Made by a program: the position numbers and the translations under genes
Notes under the pieces: generated by a model
What the model was told of the DNA's origin: nothing
Databases searched by the model: none
What the model saw: the letters and a program-made list of their open reading frames with translations, nothing else
Source: Octopus vulgaris
Taxonomy: Eukaryota
Length of the DNA: 64,000 bases
Direction of reading: 5' to 3'
NCBI GenBank assembly: GCA_951406725.2
Contig: OX597820.1
Coordinates: 90,830,001 to 90,894,000 of the forward strand
Part shown: piece by piece, positions 25,529 through 37,543 of the stretch
How the letters are laid out: every line of letters begins with the position of its first letter
Position numbering within the stretch: the stretch's first letter is position 1

Positions 25529-28500
25529 CGAACTATCATTGGATAAATATAAATAATTATAATCAGTTCTGAAACGTCATTAGAGTCTAAGATAAGAATA
25601 TAATGGGAGGAAGTATTTTAATATATCCTATTAACTGTGTGATTAATATTACTTCTTTTTACGCTCTTCTCCGCGTAAGAATCTGTTACTGCGCGTGTAT
25701 AGTTGTGTGTTTACTGGATAAATTCTATAAATCCTATAATGGATAGCACTAATATCTAAAATACAATAAAATTATTCTGTTATATCCTTAGGTCCCACCT
25801 CCAACCAGTAGCCAACGGTTATTCATATTCCACGATGTTTCGTGGCTTTGGTTCCTTATTCAGAATGTGGATTATTTCTTTACAAACCTTAGCAGTTTGG
25901 TTCTAACAACACATCGCCCATTTTCCTTTTCTCTTCCTTCCGGTAGCACAGTAGCGAGATTGTTTTCATGTTTTCTTTTTTTATGTTCAGAGATAGAAGT
26001 ACCCAATATACAATGGGAAGCATATGATTTTAACTTCAGCTTGATTTTCATTCAATGCTTCTATTATTGATCATTGGTTAACTTTTGCTCCGAAGAGGAT
26101 AAAAAGGAAGCTACCTACTATCCTTCTGCCGATGGAAAAAGAAATGAAAAGCTGTGTGTATGTGTATATATGTAAGTTAACGGCTATAGTGTATAAAATA
26201 TAAGGTTATATTTGTTGCTTATGAATATATAAATATATAAATAATAATATGAACGTATGCATGTTTCAGCAAGTTACAGGAAAGTGAAAATAATTTGTTC
26301 TTTAACTACAGACTAAATTCTCTTCTGTATGCTTCAATATTTCTAGGCAACTGAAGTGAACGTCAGATCAAATAAATACCAGTTCTCTGCTAGAATTCTT
26401 TACATCGACTACAGAGCTTTTTCAAAGTATGTTGTGTCTTCTCAATTATGATTTAGAATATATTTCACAAAGTTTCACATAATATTCGAAACTTATTTTA
26501 CAGTAAACGTGAGTTACAGCGAATCTATATTATTTCCAAAATCTCTAACATCCATATCCATATAGAACAGGTATTTATTCTACTTTAACAGTGCTAAGTG
26601 GTTCCGAAAGAATTTTAATTTCTGCAACAAAGAAAATCAATTCACTTCTGAAGTCCACATTGTTTACGGTGTATATACATAAGAAATAAAATATTTAGCA
26701 CTACCCAGGCATGAATAGTCCAGACCATTGGAATTAAGAACTTTTGTTCTAAAAAGTCTACTCTTCTTTTAGCCTGCATTGGAATATATCATCGTTTAAA
26801 ATAGTCTGTTCGACCAGGAAATACCAACACATTGTAGAATGTAACAAGCACTTTCGCTACCAGGCCATTTTTACATGCTCAGTTTTGAGAGCTCCTATCT
26901 AAAGCTCAAAGGAAATTTCTGCGAGCTCATTTACAAAGTGATTCTCTTATTATTATCAAAAGTTAGGGAAATACAACGAAAGAAAATTAATGATTTATGG
27001 GCGCAGACGTTCTTGTGAATTTAAGGAGTTTCACTTCCAAACTTCGTGAGCCTGGGTTTGATCCAGCTGCGTGGATCAAACCCAACTTGATCAGCTGTCT
27101 TCTGTTTCAGTCTCGAGGAGATGAGAGCCTTGTGTGTTAAAATTGGTTTAGAAAAAAACTGTGCAAACCCACTCAGATTGATCATTGCAGTTATTCCATT
27201 TAAGTCCTAATCCACGTCCTCGTTGGGACTTGCGAACGTCCGCCCTTATTTTACCAGTCACGGTGTACCTAAAAAAAAAAATGGCGCTTTCCTTCTTCCG
27301 CTTCGAAAGCGGTAAAAAACTTCAACTTCTCTTTGTATATGGGAGTGTGTATATATGTGTGACTGTTATTGCTCTTAACAAACCCCTCATATATTCTACC
27401 AGGGACATGTTAAAACAGTCAGTCTGACGTTTGTGGTAAAGGGGGACATGTGTAGAGCAGATTTAATCTATTCAAATTCAATTATGTTTTACCGCGTATC
27501 TCAGGAGGTTCATTACTAAGTCGATTTGAGCTCGAATTAAAGGAAAAAGTGAAAACTTAAATGTATATAAATTAATTAGCAACCATTTGCAACACTATTT
27601 TTGAATTGTCATCAAATATTTACTTGTACTGATTTAATTTGATAAAATAATGATTCATCGTTATCATGAGGCAATACCAACATGAAGTTCGTAGAAGTGC
27701 TGCATACAGTAGCAAGATAAATTTACTAATGTGTAACTACTAATTGTAAATCCTGATGTTTCTAATCTACCGTACAAAAAAGATTTTCGTCAAAGCATTA
27801 CACATATTAATGACTGCGCCCTGTTTGAACCACGTGAAAATCAGTAAAACAGCAAAAGAACAAGTAATTTACAAAAATCAAAAGCAGACATCCTTTTTTA
27901 TTAATAGCCTTGTGTGTTTTAATATCTATAATTGGCGTTAGTTTCCACATTTGTATATTTCATTATGGTAAATCTATAACTGAATAACAAAAATAATGAA
28001 ATGCAAACATTACAGAAGTGAATTAAAAAACAACAATTATGTTTGAAATATACAGAACAAAAGAAAAAATACAACCAATTTTTACTATTTTAAAATAATA
28101 AGTTTGTACAACTAAAGTCCATAAAGTATGATTTGGATTTTTTTTTACGTTTTGGATTGATTTTCTTTTTCATTGTGTATACGATGTGCACGTGTGAGAC
28201 ATACAAGTGTTGTGAAGGGAAAAAATTATTCCACGAAAATTTTCTTCCATATTTAATATTCTAACAGTATATTTATATAACCTATATATTCTTATCTCTA
28301 TATTCATAATCACATGCTCACACACAGATACATAGACACATACATACACGCACACGCACTTTTATACATAAAAAGATAGAAAAATGCATATATAGATAGA
28401 TGGATGGATAGATAGGCAGATAGAGAAATAGATAGATAAATGTATATTTACAAGGCAACTAACCATTGGTCCTTTTGTACATGGTACTTTTTTTCTCATA

Positions 28501-28546
28501 AATGTATTCAAGTAATAGTAATTCTGTTAACGGATGTATGTGTATG

Positions 28547-28740
<194 letters not shown>

Positions 28741-29500
28741 TAAAGTAATGAGAGGGAGGCGTGGACGAATACAAAGTAACAGAAAGTAAGATATTGATAG
28801 AACCTACTTTGTTTTGTTACACAAACTAACTTCTCTACTCTTAATTGGACAATTGTTTTAACGAATCTATTTTCAATAGCATTTTGCAATCTGTTTTTCT
28901 TATTTCCAGGCAATCCTTTTGTCATACAATAAAGATATGTTTTGGGTGGCATTTTTTCGCACGTGTATCAGTGATTTTTACTCTATCTTTCTTTTTTTGT
29001 GTTAACTTCACTAATTAACACATTTAGATGAACATATTTTTCAAATTTATAATGTAAAAATTCTCTATAGTCTAATCGAATTTTATCACCACAATTATTT
29101 TCAATTCCAATAATTAAAACCCTTTCTTTGTGTAACTTCTGTATTTTTACAGGGAAAAATTATGGACATGATACTTTACGTTCCATTAATTTTTTCCTGT
29201 ATTTTTTTTTTATATCTTCTATTTATTTTTACTAATATTAATCACAGTTATAGTAGTTGCAGCTACTCTGGTATTATAATTGTAAGATTATTAAAAACAA
29301 AGTGGATTCCAGTTTCCGCTTTTGATTTTCTTTCAATTAGAAGTTAGCACTAGATTACATTTAATTTAGATATTTGTAGTTTAAGAAACAGTCACCAAGA
29401 GGTCGCTGGTTCATTAAAAGCCAGTTGCATTAATGTCATATAAAAAACACTAAGACCTCATTTATTTATACATATATATATAAATATACAAGACTGAGAC

Positions 29501-29502
<2 letters not shown>

Positions 29503-29571
<69 letters not shown>

Positions 29572-29862
29572 GTGTATGTATGTATGTATGTGTATGTATA
29601 TGTATGTATGTATGTGTATGTATATGTATGTATGTATATGTATGTATGTATCTATATGTATGTATGTGTATGTATATGTATGTGTATGTATATGTATGTA
29701 TGTATATGTATGTATGTCTATGTATGTATGTGTATGTATATGTATGTATGTATATGTATGTGTATGTATGTATGTATATGTATGTATGTATGTATATGTG
29801 TGTATGTATGTATATGTATCTATGTACATATGTATGTATATATATATATATATGTATATATA
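29503..29862. repeat. (TA)n followed by (TATG/TATGTG)n array
   Basis: Direct inspection. Confidence 0.97.
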
Positions 29863-30252
29863 CTCTTTTACTCTTTTACATCAGTCATTTGACTGTGGCC
29901 ATGCTGGAGCACCGCCGTTAGTCAAGCATATCGACTCCAGGACTCATTCTTTTTAAGCCTAGTACTTATTCTATCGGTCTCTTTTGCCGAACCACTAAGT
30001 TACGGGGACGTAAATACATCAGCATCGGTTGTCAAGCGATGTTGAGGGGACAAACACAGACACACACACTCACACTCACACACACGTAAAAAAATATATA
30101 TATATACATACATATATATGACAGGCTTCTTTCTCTTTATGTCTATCAAATGCACTTACAAGGCTTTGGTCGGCCCGAGGCTATAGTAGAAGACACTTGC
30201 ACTAGGTGCCACGCAGTGGGACTGAACCCAGAAATATGTGGTTCGTAAGCAA
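29862..30252 (-). mobile_element. SINE family B
   Basis: Reverse complement of 43079-43533, including the internal microsatellite. Confidence 0.9.
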
Positions 30253-30261
30253 CTATATATT

Positions 30262-30565
30262 ATAGTGAGGGCACATGTCTTAGTGGTCAGGGTTTTGCAC
30301 TCATGAGCTAGCGATCATGATCTCAATTCCTAGAGCAGGTGGTGCGTTCTGCTCGAGCAAAACACTTCATCTCACGTTGCTCTGCGATCACTTCGGCAAC
30401 TGGCATAGTACAGAATGCACCTATTTAGACAACGCCCATTTCGTAGAAAGAGCTAATGTGCGACACGGGCATTTTATTGTTATAAACAAACGGTTTTTAA
30501 GAAGCAAACGCAAGTGGTTCGCTAAAAGCTGAACTCCAATACGTCATTTTTGACGGGAGAATCCA

Positions 30566-30568
<3 letters not shown>
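30262..30568 (+). mobile_element. Decayed CORE-like tRNA SINE (distinct 3' body)
   Basis: tagtggtcaggg...tcaattcc...gagcaaaacacttcatctcacgttgctc. Confidence 0.65.
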
Positions 30569-30619
<51 letters not shown>

Positions 30620-30625
<6 letters not shown>

Positions 30626-31174
30626 AGTGAATGGAATAAATGGAGTTGAACGAAGATTGTACATAATACCTTTTATTACATTCTACACATGTTTCGAAGG
30701 CCACAAATTTCCAAATTCTGTTTAAATAAGGGTACCATATTGCGGCTTTCTCTTCAGGAAAAAACAGGAATTCCGTTGATAGGACAAAACAAAACAGAGG
30801 CACAGCAATTCGAACGAAGATGCTCCTTAGGAGCCCATGGCTGAGCTGCTTATCAATGTACGTTGAAATCGTGCCTCTGTTTTGTTTCCTGAAGAGAAAG
30901 CCGCAATATGGTACCCTTATTTAAACAGAATTTGGAAATTTGTGGCCTTCGAAACATGTGTAGAATGTAATAAAAGGTATTCTGTACAATCTTCGTTCAA
31001 CTCCATTTATTCCATTCACTAATAATATTAAACTTCAATTATCCGCTCCAACGCACGGTTGCAACACCAAATGGTCTTATCTCCAACCGTGCTGTTTTCC
31101 ACTGTGATTTTTGCTACCCAGGTATCGGTTAAACCTTTGAATATTCTGTTACGAGAAAATTCATCTTTCTATTT

Positions 31175-31181
<7 letters not shown>
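30620..31181 (+). mobile_element. Non-autonomous PLE-like fold-back element, family P1 copy 1
   Basis: Inverted arms 30621-30761 / 30885-31025 (one mismatch by eye), about 155 bp unique tail, (TA)n on both sides. Confidence 0.85.
30886..30965 (+). ncRNA. Minimal type-I hammerhead ribozyme (mirror copy on the - strand at about 30681-30760)
   Basis: TTC-CTGAAGA-GAAAGCCGC...GTGGCCTTC-GAA-ACA-TG-TGT-A-GAA; AATAAA at 30969. Confidence 0.7.
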
Positions 31182-31267
<86 letters not shown>

Positions 31268-31268
<1 letters not shown>

Positions 31269-31470
31269 ACGAGGGGTGCTCAAAAGTTCCTAGATTTACG
31301 GGTGTCACGAAAGGCCTCGTTAGAGGTCCAACATTCGGAGTTCTTTTACAGGGCTTAGACAAACTACAATGTGTGTGAATCTGAGAGGATGATATGTTGA
31401 ATAAAATCATAATTGATACTGCTCTATCTTCTTTTATCAAAAGACAGGAACTTTTCAGCACGCCCTCGTA
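31268..31470. mobile_element. Mariner-derived MITE
   Basis: TA-CGAGGGGTGCTCAAAAGTTCCT ... AGGAACTTTTCAGCACGCCCTCG-TA terminal inverted repeats with TA TSD. Confidence 0.9.
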
Positions 31471-32329
31471 TTTGCGTGCGTTTGTGTGTGTATGTGTGTA
31501 TGTGTGTGTGTGTGTGTGTTTGTGTGTGTATTTGTGTATGTGTGTGTGTGTTTGTTGAATTCTACCACTGTAAGCAATTTTTGTCAACAAATAACATATA
31601 TCTAAGTCGTGTGAGATTTTGTGATTATTTACATGAGCGCGTGTGCGTATGTGTGTTTGTATATGGCTATGTTCTTTGCTAGGACAATACCAATCGACAC
31701 TTTAGTCAGTGAGTAATTAATTATGACTCACTACATTAATTACTTCAGCTGTCACTTAACAGATTGGCTTTCATGATGACATCACTGTGGATATTTCGGG
31801 TTGTGAACTGTCCAAATTCGTAGATCATTATACAAAACACTTTGTGGTACTTATTCCGTCTCTTTATATCGTGGATATTTCCATTGTGGTTCTTTGTCAC
31901 GAATTCAACTTTTATCTATCTTCTTTACTGGTTTCATATAATAAAATACCAACAAAGTATAGGGCGAGAGGGTGGTATAATTTACTAAGCACTTCCACCA
32001 TACTTGAGTTCTTATCCCTATTTTACAAATCATTTTGATTCGCCGTGCTGACCGATACACATTCACGAAAGCCATCTTATGTTTGGTATCTCAGTTATCT
32101 TCTGTTATTGCTAAGACAATATTTTGGTGTCGAGGTAAAACAAAACCAAAACCTACTCGGATTAATCTGAATATATTTATGTATGGTAATAACTAGTTGA
32201 TGTAGCCGGTAATTCCAGGGAAAGCGGGGTTTATCCCTTGGTTCCTTTCTCTTAATTGTTTTGCTAATCCAATAACAACACTACAAAGTATGTAGCCCTT
32301 AAAACGGTTTTTGTGCATTCAGAGAGAAT

Positions 32330-32476
32330 ACCAGCGCGTAACTGTTATTTATTTCAACTACTTCGAAAGGATTAAAGTCGATCTCTTCGGAATTTGAACT
32401 CAGAACATATAAAGAGACGACATACCGCTAAGCATTCATTTCGCCAGGCTTACTGACGATTCTGCCAGCTCGCCAC
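32330..32476 (-). mobile_element. SINE family A (decayed)
   Basis: gaaaggattaaagtcga..ggaatttgaactcagaac...gattctgccagctcgcc. Confidence 0.75.
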
Positions 32477-32513
32477 ATTGCTACTACTACTACTACTATT
32501 ATTATTAGTAGTA

Positions 32514-32547
<34 letters not shown>

Positions 32548-32586
32548 GTAATAATAGTAATAACAGTATATGTATATTCACATATG

Positions 32587-32652
<66 letters not shown>

Positions 32653-32656
32653 CCTA

Positions 32657-32710
<54 letters not shown>
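32477..32710. repeat. (TTA)n plus (TATC)n(TC)n(TA)n arrays
   Basis: Direct inspection. Confidence 0.95.
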
Positions 32711-32713
<3 letters not shown>

Positions 32714-33177
32714 AATATAAGGGCAGGCAACAGGTTGCTTCGCCGCATACCGAAGGAATTAAAAATGGCAGTCAAAGACGGTTTATTTCCATTTTCTACA
32801 AGTGGAGGTTCCATACACGACAAACCCTGCGATTCACATACGTAAAATCGGAGTAGTAAATAAACGAAAACAATTTCTTAACGGTAAGAGATTGTTTTCG
32901 TTTATTTACTACTCCGATTTTGCGTATGTGAATCGCAAGGTTTGTCGTGTATGGAACCTCCACTTGTAGAAAATGGAAATAAACCGTCTTTGACTGCCAA
33001 TTCTAATTCCTTCGGTATGCGGTGAAGCAACCTGTTGCCTGCCCTTTTAATTATATTTACTATATTTACTGAACTCTACAGAAGTTCCTGGCGCTTAAAG
33101 TCATATTTACATACCGAAATTTACCGGTAAATAATTGTTGGTTGTACGAAAAACCACGGATAAATTATTTACCCTTT

Positions 33178-33180
<3 letters not shown>
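32709..33180 (+). mobile_element. Fold-back element, family P2: 160-bp hairpin with 4-nt loop plus about 115 bp tail
   Basis: 32721-32880 vs 32885-33044, six mismatches by eye. Tail ends AATTATTTACCCTTTT next to (TA)n. Confidence 0.8.
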
Positions 33181-33219
<39 letters not shown>

Positions 33220-33223
<4 letters not shown>

Positions 33224-34157
33224 ATTATTGGTGAATTGAAGAAATGGAGCTGAACGCAGATTGAACAGAAATCGTTTTATTTCATTCTACACGTGTTTCA
33301 TTCTACAGGTAATTTATATTGATCCGGCCCTTCCGATGCCATCATTCGGTCATCAGGATAGGGCCGTATATAATAACATTAACATTTTAAGTAAGGACGG
33401 GAGCGCGGCGGATCAAACGGGGCTTGGTTTTTTCACAGCGGGGGTTTCCTTGACAAGGCAGGCTTAGATGAACACACACACATAAAACATAAAATATATA
33501 TTTTTTTTTCTGCCACCCAACGGTTCTCGCGGCAGTAGCCACTGACAGCCGAACGCTCAAACGCACACACGTACACAAAAAATGTTTTCTACCCCTACGC
33601 CAACACACACATATATAGAACAGTATACACACACACACGTCTCTAAGTAGATTTTTTCTCGCCCCTTATAAAACATCCAATATTCCTTAAATAGCCAGAA
33701 CTTTATTCTCGGTCACAAAGAACACCCACACACCCTCACCCACATGATTGACCGATGCCTGACCCGTTAAATTCTTCAGCCACCGGTTCTCAACATACAC
33801 TGATAAACAGTTTCGCCATGGGCTCTTAGGAGCATAGTTCGATTTGTTTTTGCTCCGCCTCTGTTCTGTTTTGTTTTCCATATTTTCTTCCTGAAGAGAA
33901 AGACACAATATGGTCCCATTATTCATATTTTGTATAAACACGTGTAGAATGAAATAAAACGATTTCTGTTCAATCTGCGTTCAGCTCCATTTCTTCAATT
34001 CACCAATAATGTTTTAATTTCAATTATCCGCACCAACGCGGTTGCAACACCATATGGTTGTACCTCCAACCGTGTGTTTACTGCTGTGATTTTTGCTACT
34101 AAGGTATGTTAAACTTTTGATTAATCTACTACAAGATTATTCATCTTTCTATTTCAC

Positions 34158-34160
<3 letters not shown>
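33220..34160 (+). mobile_element. PLE-like fold-back element, family P1 copy 2 (longest)
   Basis: Arms 33220-33298 / 33936-34014 appear identical; about 640 bp spacer; tail homologous to 31028-31181; CTGAAGAG at about 33891 with the 3' side of stem II deleted. Confidence 0.85.
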
Positions 34161-34225
<65 letters not shown>

Positions 34226-34762
34226 CACATACATGTCTTACTCTTTCGTTTTTCTCTCTTCCTTTCTCTTTTCTTCTACCTTCCTTTTCCCCTTCCTGTT
34301 TTTTCTCACTTATCCTATCTCCAAATTTTTCCCTTTTCCCTTCACAGTTCTTCCTGTTTCTTTTACCCTCAGCAAAAACCCAAATTTTATTTAATTTTCT
34401 TTGCGGAGCTTATTGAAAGCGTATCTTACTGTTAAATGCTCAAAATACGACATTACAGAAACAGCCAAAAACTGATGATAGGTCGTTCTTTATGTTGTTT
34501 GTCTTGTTTTCCATTTGTGTCTGTCATTGTTTGAAAACATACTTCATATTCCATGTAGTCGTACTTCGTATCTTTTGTTGTACATGTTTCTTGACGTCCT
34601 GTACCCACATATGCATAAATATATACGTATAAATGTAAGTATGTACATATACGTATGTATATATGCATATATATATTATTTATATTATTATATGATTGAA
34701 CGCCCCGCATCCTCTTCCGAGTATGTTTTATCTATCTATCCATCTATCTACCTGTCTCTCTA

Positions 34763-34808
<46 letters not shown>

Positions 34809-35943
34809 TAAAATGTATATATATGTGTGTGTGTATAAATATATATGTGAGTGTAAGTGTGTATATATTTTTTCAGAGAGAGAGAGAAATGGAGTGAGAA
34901 AGAGATAGGCACTGTAAAAATCTGAGGCAGTTTCTAATGCCTACTGTTTTTAATTAATTTGTGTAAATTTTATATTTTGTTTTCGCGTCCCATGCGCTTT
35001 CTTTCTCTCATTTTTGTAATGATCTGAATTCAACATAAAGCTGTTGATCATTTTCTCCTCACTGCAGATGCAATATGAATGAAATGAAATTTCTTGGCTC
35101 ACTACACTAATACGTTAACTGAACTTGATTACAGCAACGCAGGTTAGTTACACCCACATACACATCCATAGACAGACACACACACACATCCACACACTCA
35201 CACACATTCACATACATACACGTGCACAAACACACACACATGCACCCATACGCAGACAGACGTACACACAAGAATTATGAAGTATCTGGCAACAAGTCTC
35301 CCTTTCTATTATCAGATTATCACACGTTGTAACATATTTTGGAGTTCTCAAATATTCAATTTGAAGGTGTCCACAACCTCAATAAGCAGTCAAACTTCCA
35401 GTTTATGACACCTGACCATACATACGAGAGTCAGTCACAAGTTAGTCCCCTGGTGTATGCGTTCAAACAATAATTTAATGACATTATACTACATTAAATA
35501 ATCATGAGTTTCATAAATCAATGAATTCAGTAACAAGTGATTAGAGAAATCCGCCCTAGTTAAATAACTGAATGGCTCACACACACACACACAGACATAC
35601 ACTCACACACGCACACACAAACACAAACTCACATATATACCAACATATTCATATTCCTGTATATCTTCACTGGTTTCAGCCAGACGGTGGGGCCATGCTG
35701 GGGCACCGACTTTCGGTGTTCTTCTAGGCTTCTTTCAGTGCTGTGTTTTGGTGAAGAAGTGGGTTTGACGGAGCAGCTCTTCTCTGTGACGCTTGCCGCG
35801 ATGTGAGCTCATCTGGGGTTTCCGATAGAAATTTGTCCAGGTGCTCTTTGATTGATAGATAAATATATGCATATATATGTATATACACACACACGCACAT
35901 ACTTTATATTTATATACACACATATACACACTCACACACACAC

Positions 35944-36017
<74 letters not shown>

Positions 36018-36447
36018 ATGTATATGTTTGTGTATGTGTCTGTATGTGTTGGGTACGCTTGTTCTTCAATACACAAAAGAATTCAATATATAAATTTAGA
36101 TGGTGTTATTTGAGTAATCTGTTCTCAAAGTGCGTCATACATTCAAAGATGGCCGTATTATAACAAAAACAGAAAGAGTAAAAAACAATAACACAAGCCT
36201 AAATACTCTTAATTCATCAAGTCTTAAAATTTACGTTAGCAACCTCCTTTTCATACGTATGTTTCATACGTATGGCACGAAACATAAAAATATCAGATAG
36301 TTTTTACGAGAATAGTATTCTGTGCGTGACATTTGGACACGTATATGTATGATGCATTCTGTAACTACGTTGTACAACAGACAAAACTCTATGACTAATT
36401 ACATTTCGATGTCTATGCAGATGATTTTGCTTGTGAAAGTGCTTCTG

Positions 36448-36448
36448 A

Positions 36449-36523
<75 letters not shown>

Positions 36524-36549
36524 CGTGTGTGTGTATATTTATGTATGTT

Positions 36550-36582
<33 letters not shown>

Positions 36583-36755
36583 ATGTGTATATATATATAT
36601 ATATACATATGCATGCATACATATATATATATATACACACATACATAAACATACATAAATATACACACGCATATATATATACACACATATATATTTATGA
36701 ATCTATCTATATATTTAAGTGTATATATATATATAAATATATACGTATGTGTGTG

Positions 36756-36786
<31 letters not shown>

Positions 36787-36970
36787 GTTTATATATTATA
36801 TATATATGTATACAAATACATATGTATTTATTTATGTATATATATATGTATTTATGTATAAATATATATGTATATGTATATATGTATATATATGTATATG
36901 TATATATGTATATATATAATTATGTATATATATAATTATGTATATATATATATATATGTATACATATGTG
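36448..36970. repeat. Compound (TA)/(TG)/(CA) low-complexity array
   Basis: Direct inspection. Confidence 0.95.
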
Positions 36971-37397
36971 TGTAGGCCAAAGTACTTGCAGTTGCAAATG
37001 AACACGTGTATGAGTGTAATATTGTGTTGCAATGTGTGTTTGTCTATCTTTATATCGCACTAAAAGAAAACCAAATGTTTGAGGCAGTGTAATGATTTAT
37101 TATCTCTTGTCTCCAGCCACAATCAAATTAAACGATTTCTGATTAATTTCACTCTATATCCCGGGCAAATACATATGTTGGGAAGGTTGTGTGAGAAACC
37201 CAGGCAACCATAAACAGCGAAATGGAAGATGTATTAAAAATTATCGCTAGCAATAATATTTGTCATATTTACTTATTCTTCTTAATGAAATGCAATGTGT
37301 TTCCATAGATAATGTATCATGTTGTGAATGTTAACGCACAAACACACATAAATGTAACGTGACATATATGTACATATGTATAATGTACATGTAAATA

Positions 37398-37437
<40 letters not shown>

Positions 37438-37443
37438 ATACAC

Positions 37444-37543
<100 letters not shown>

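Noticed and set aside
30620-31027. Classical MITE / DNA transposon interpretation of the inverted repeats
   Set aside because: The repeats are not terminal (a conserved tail lies outside on one side only), arm length varies by copy, and they contain hammerhead and AATAAA motifs
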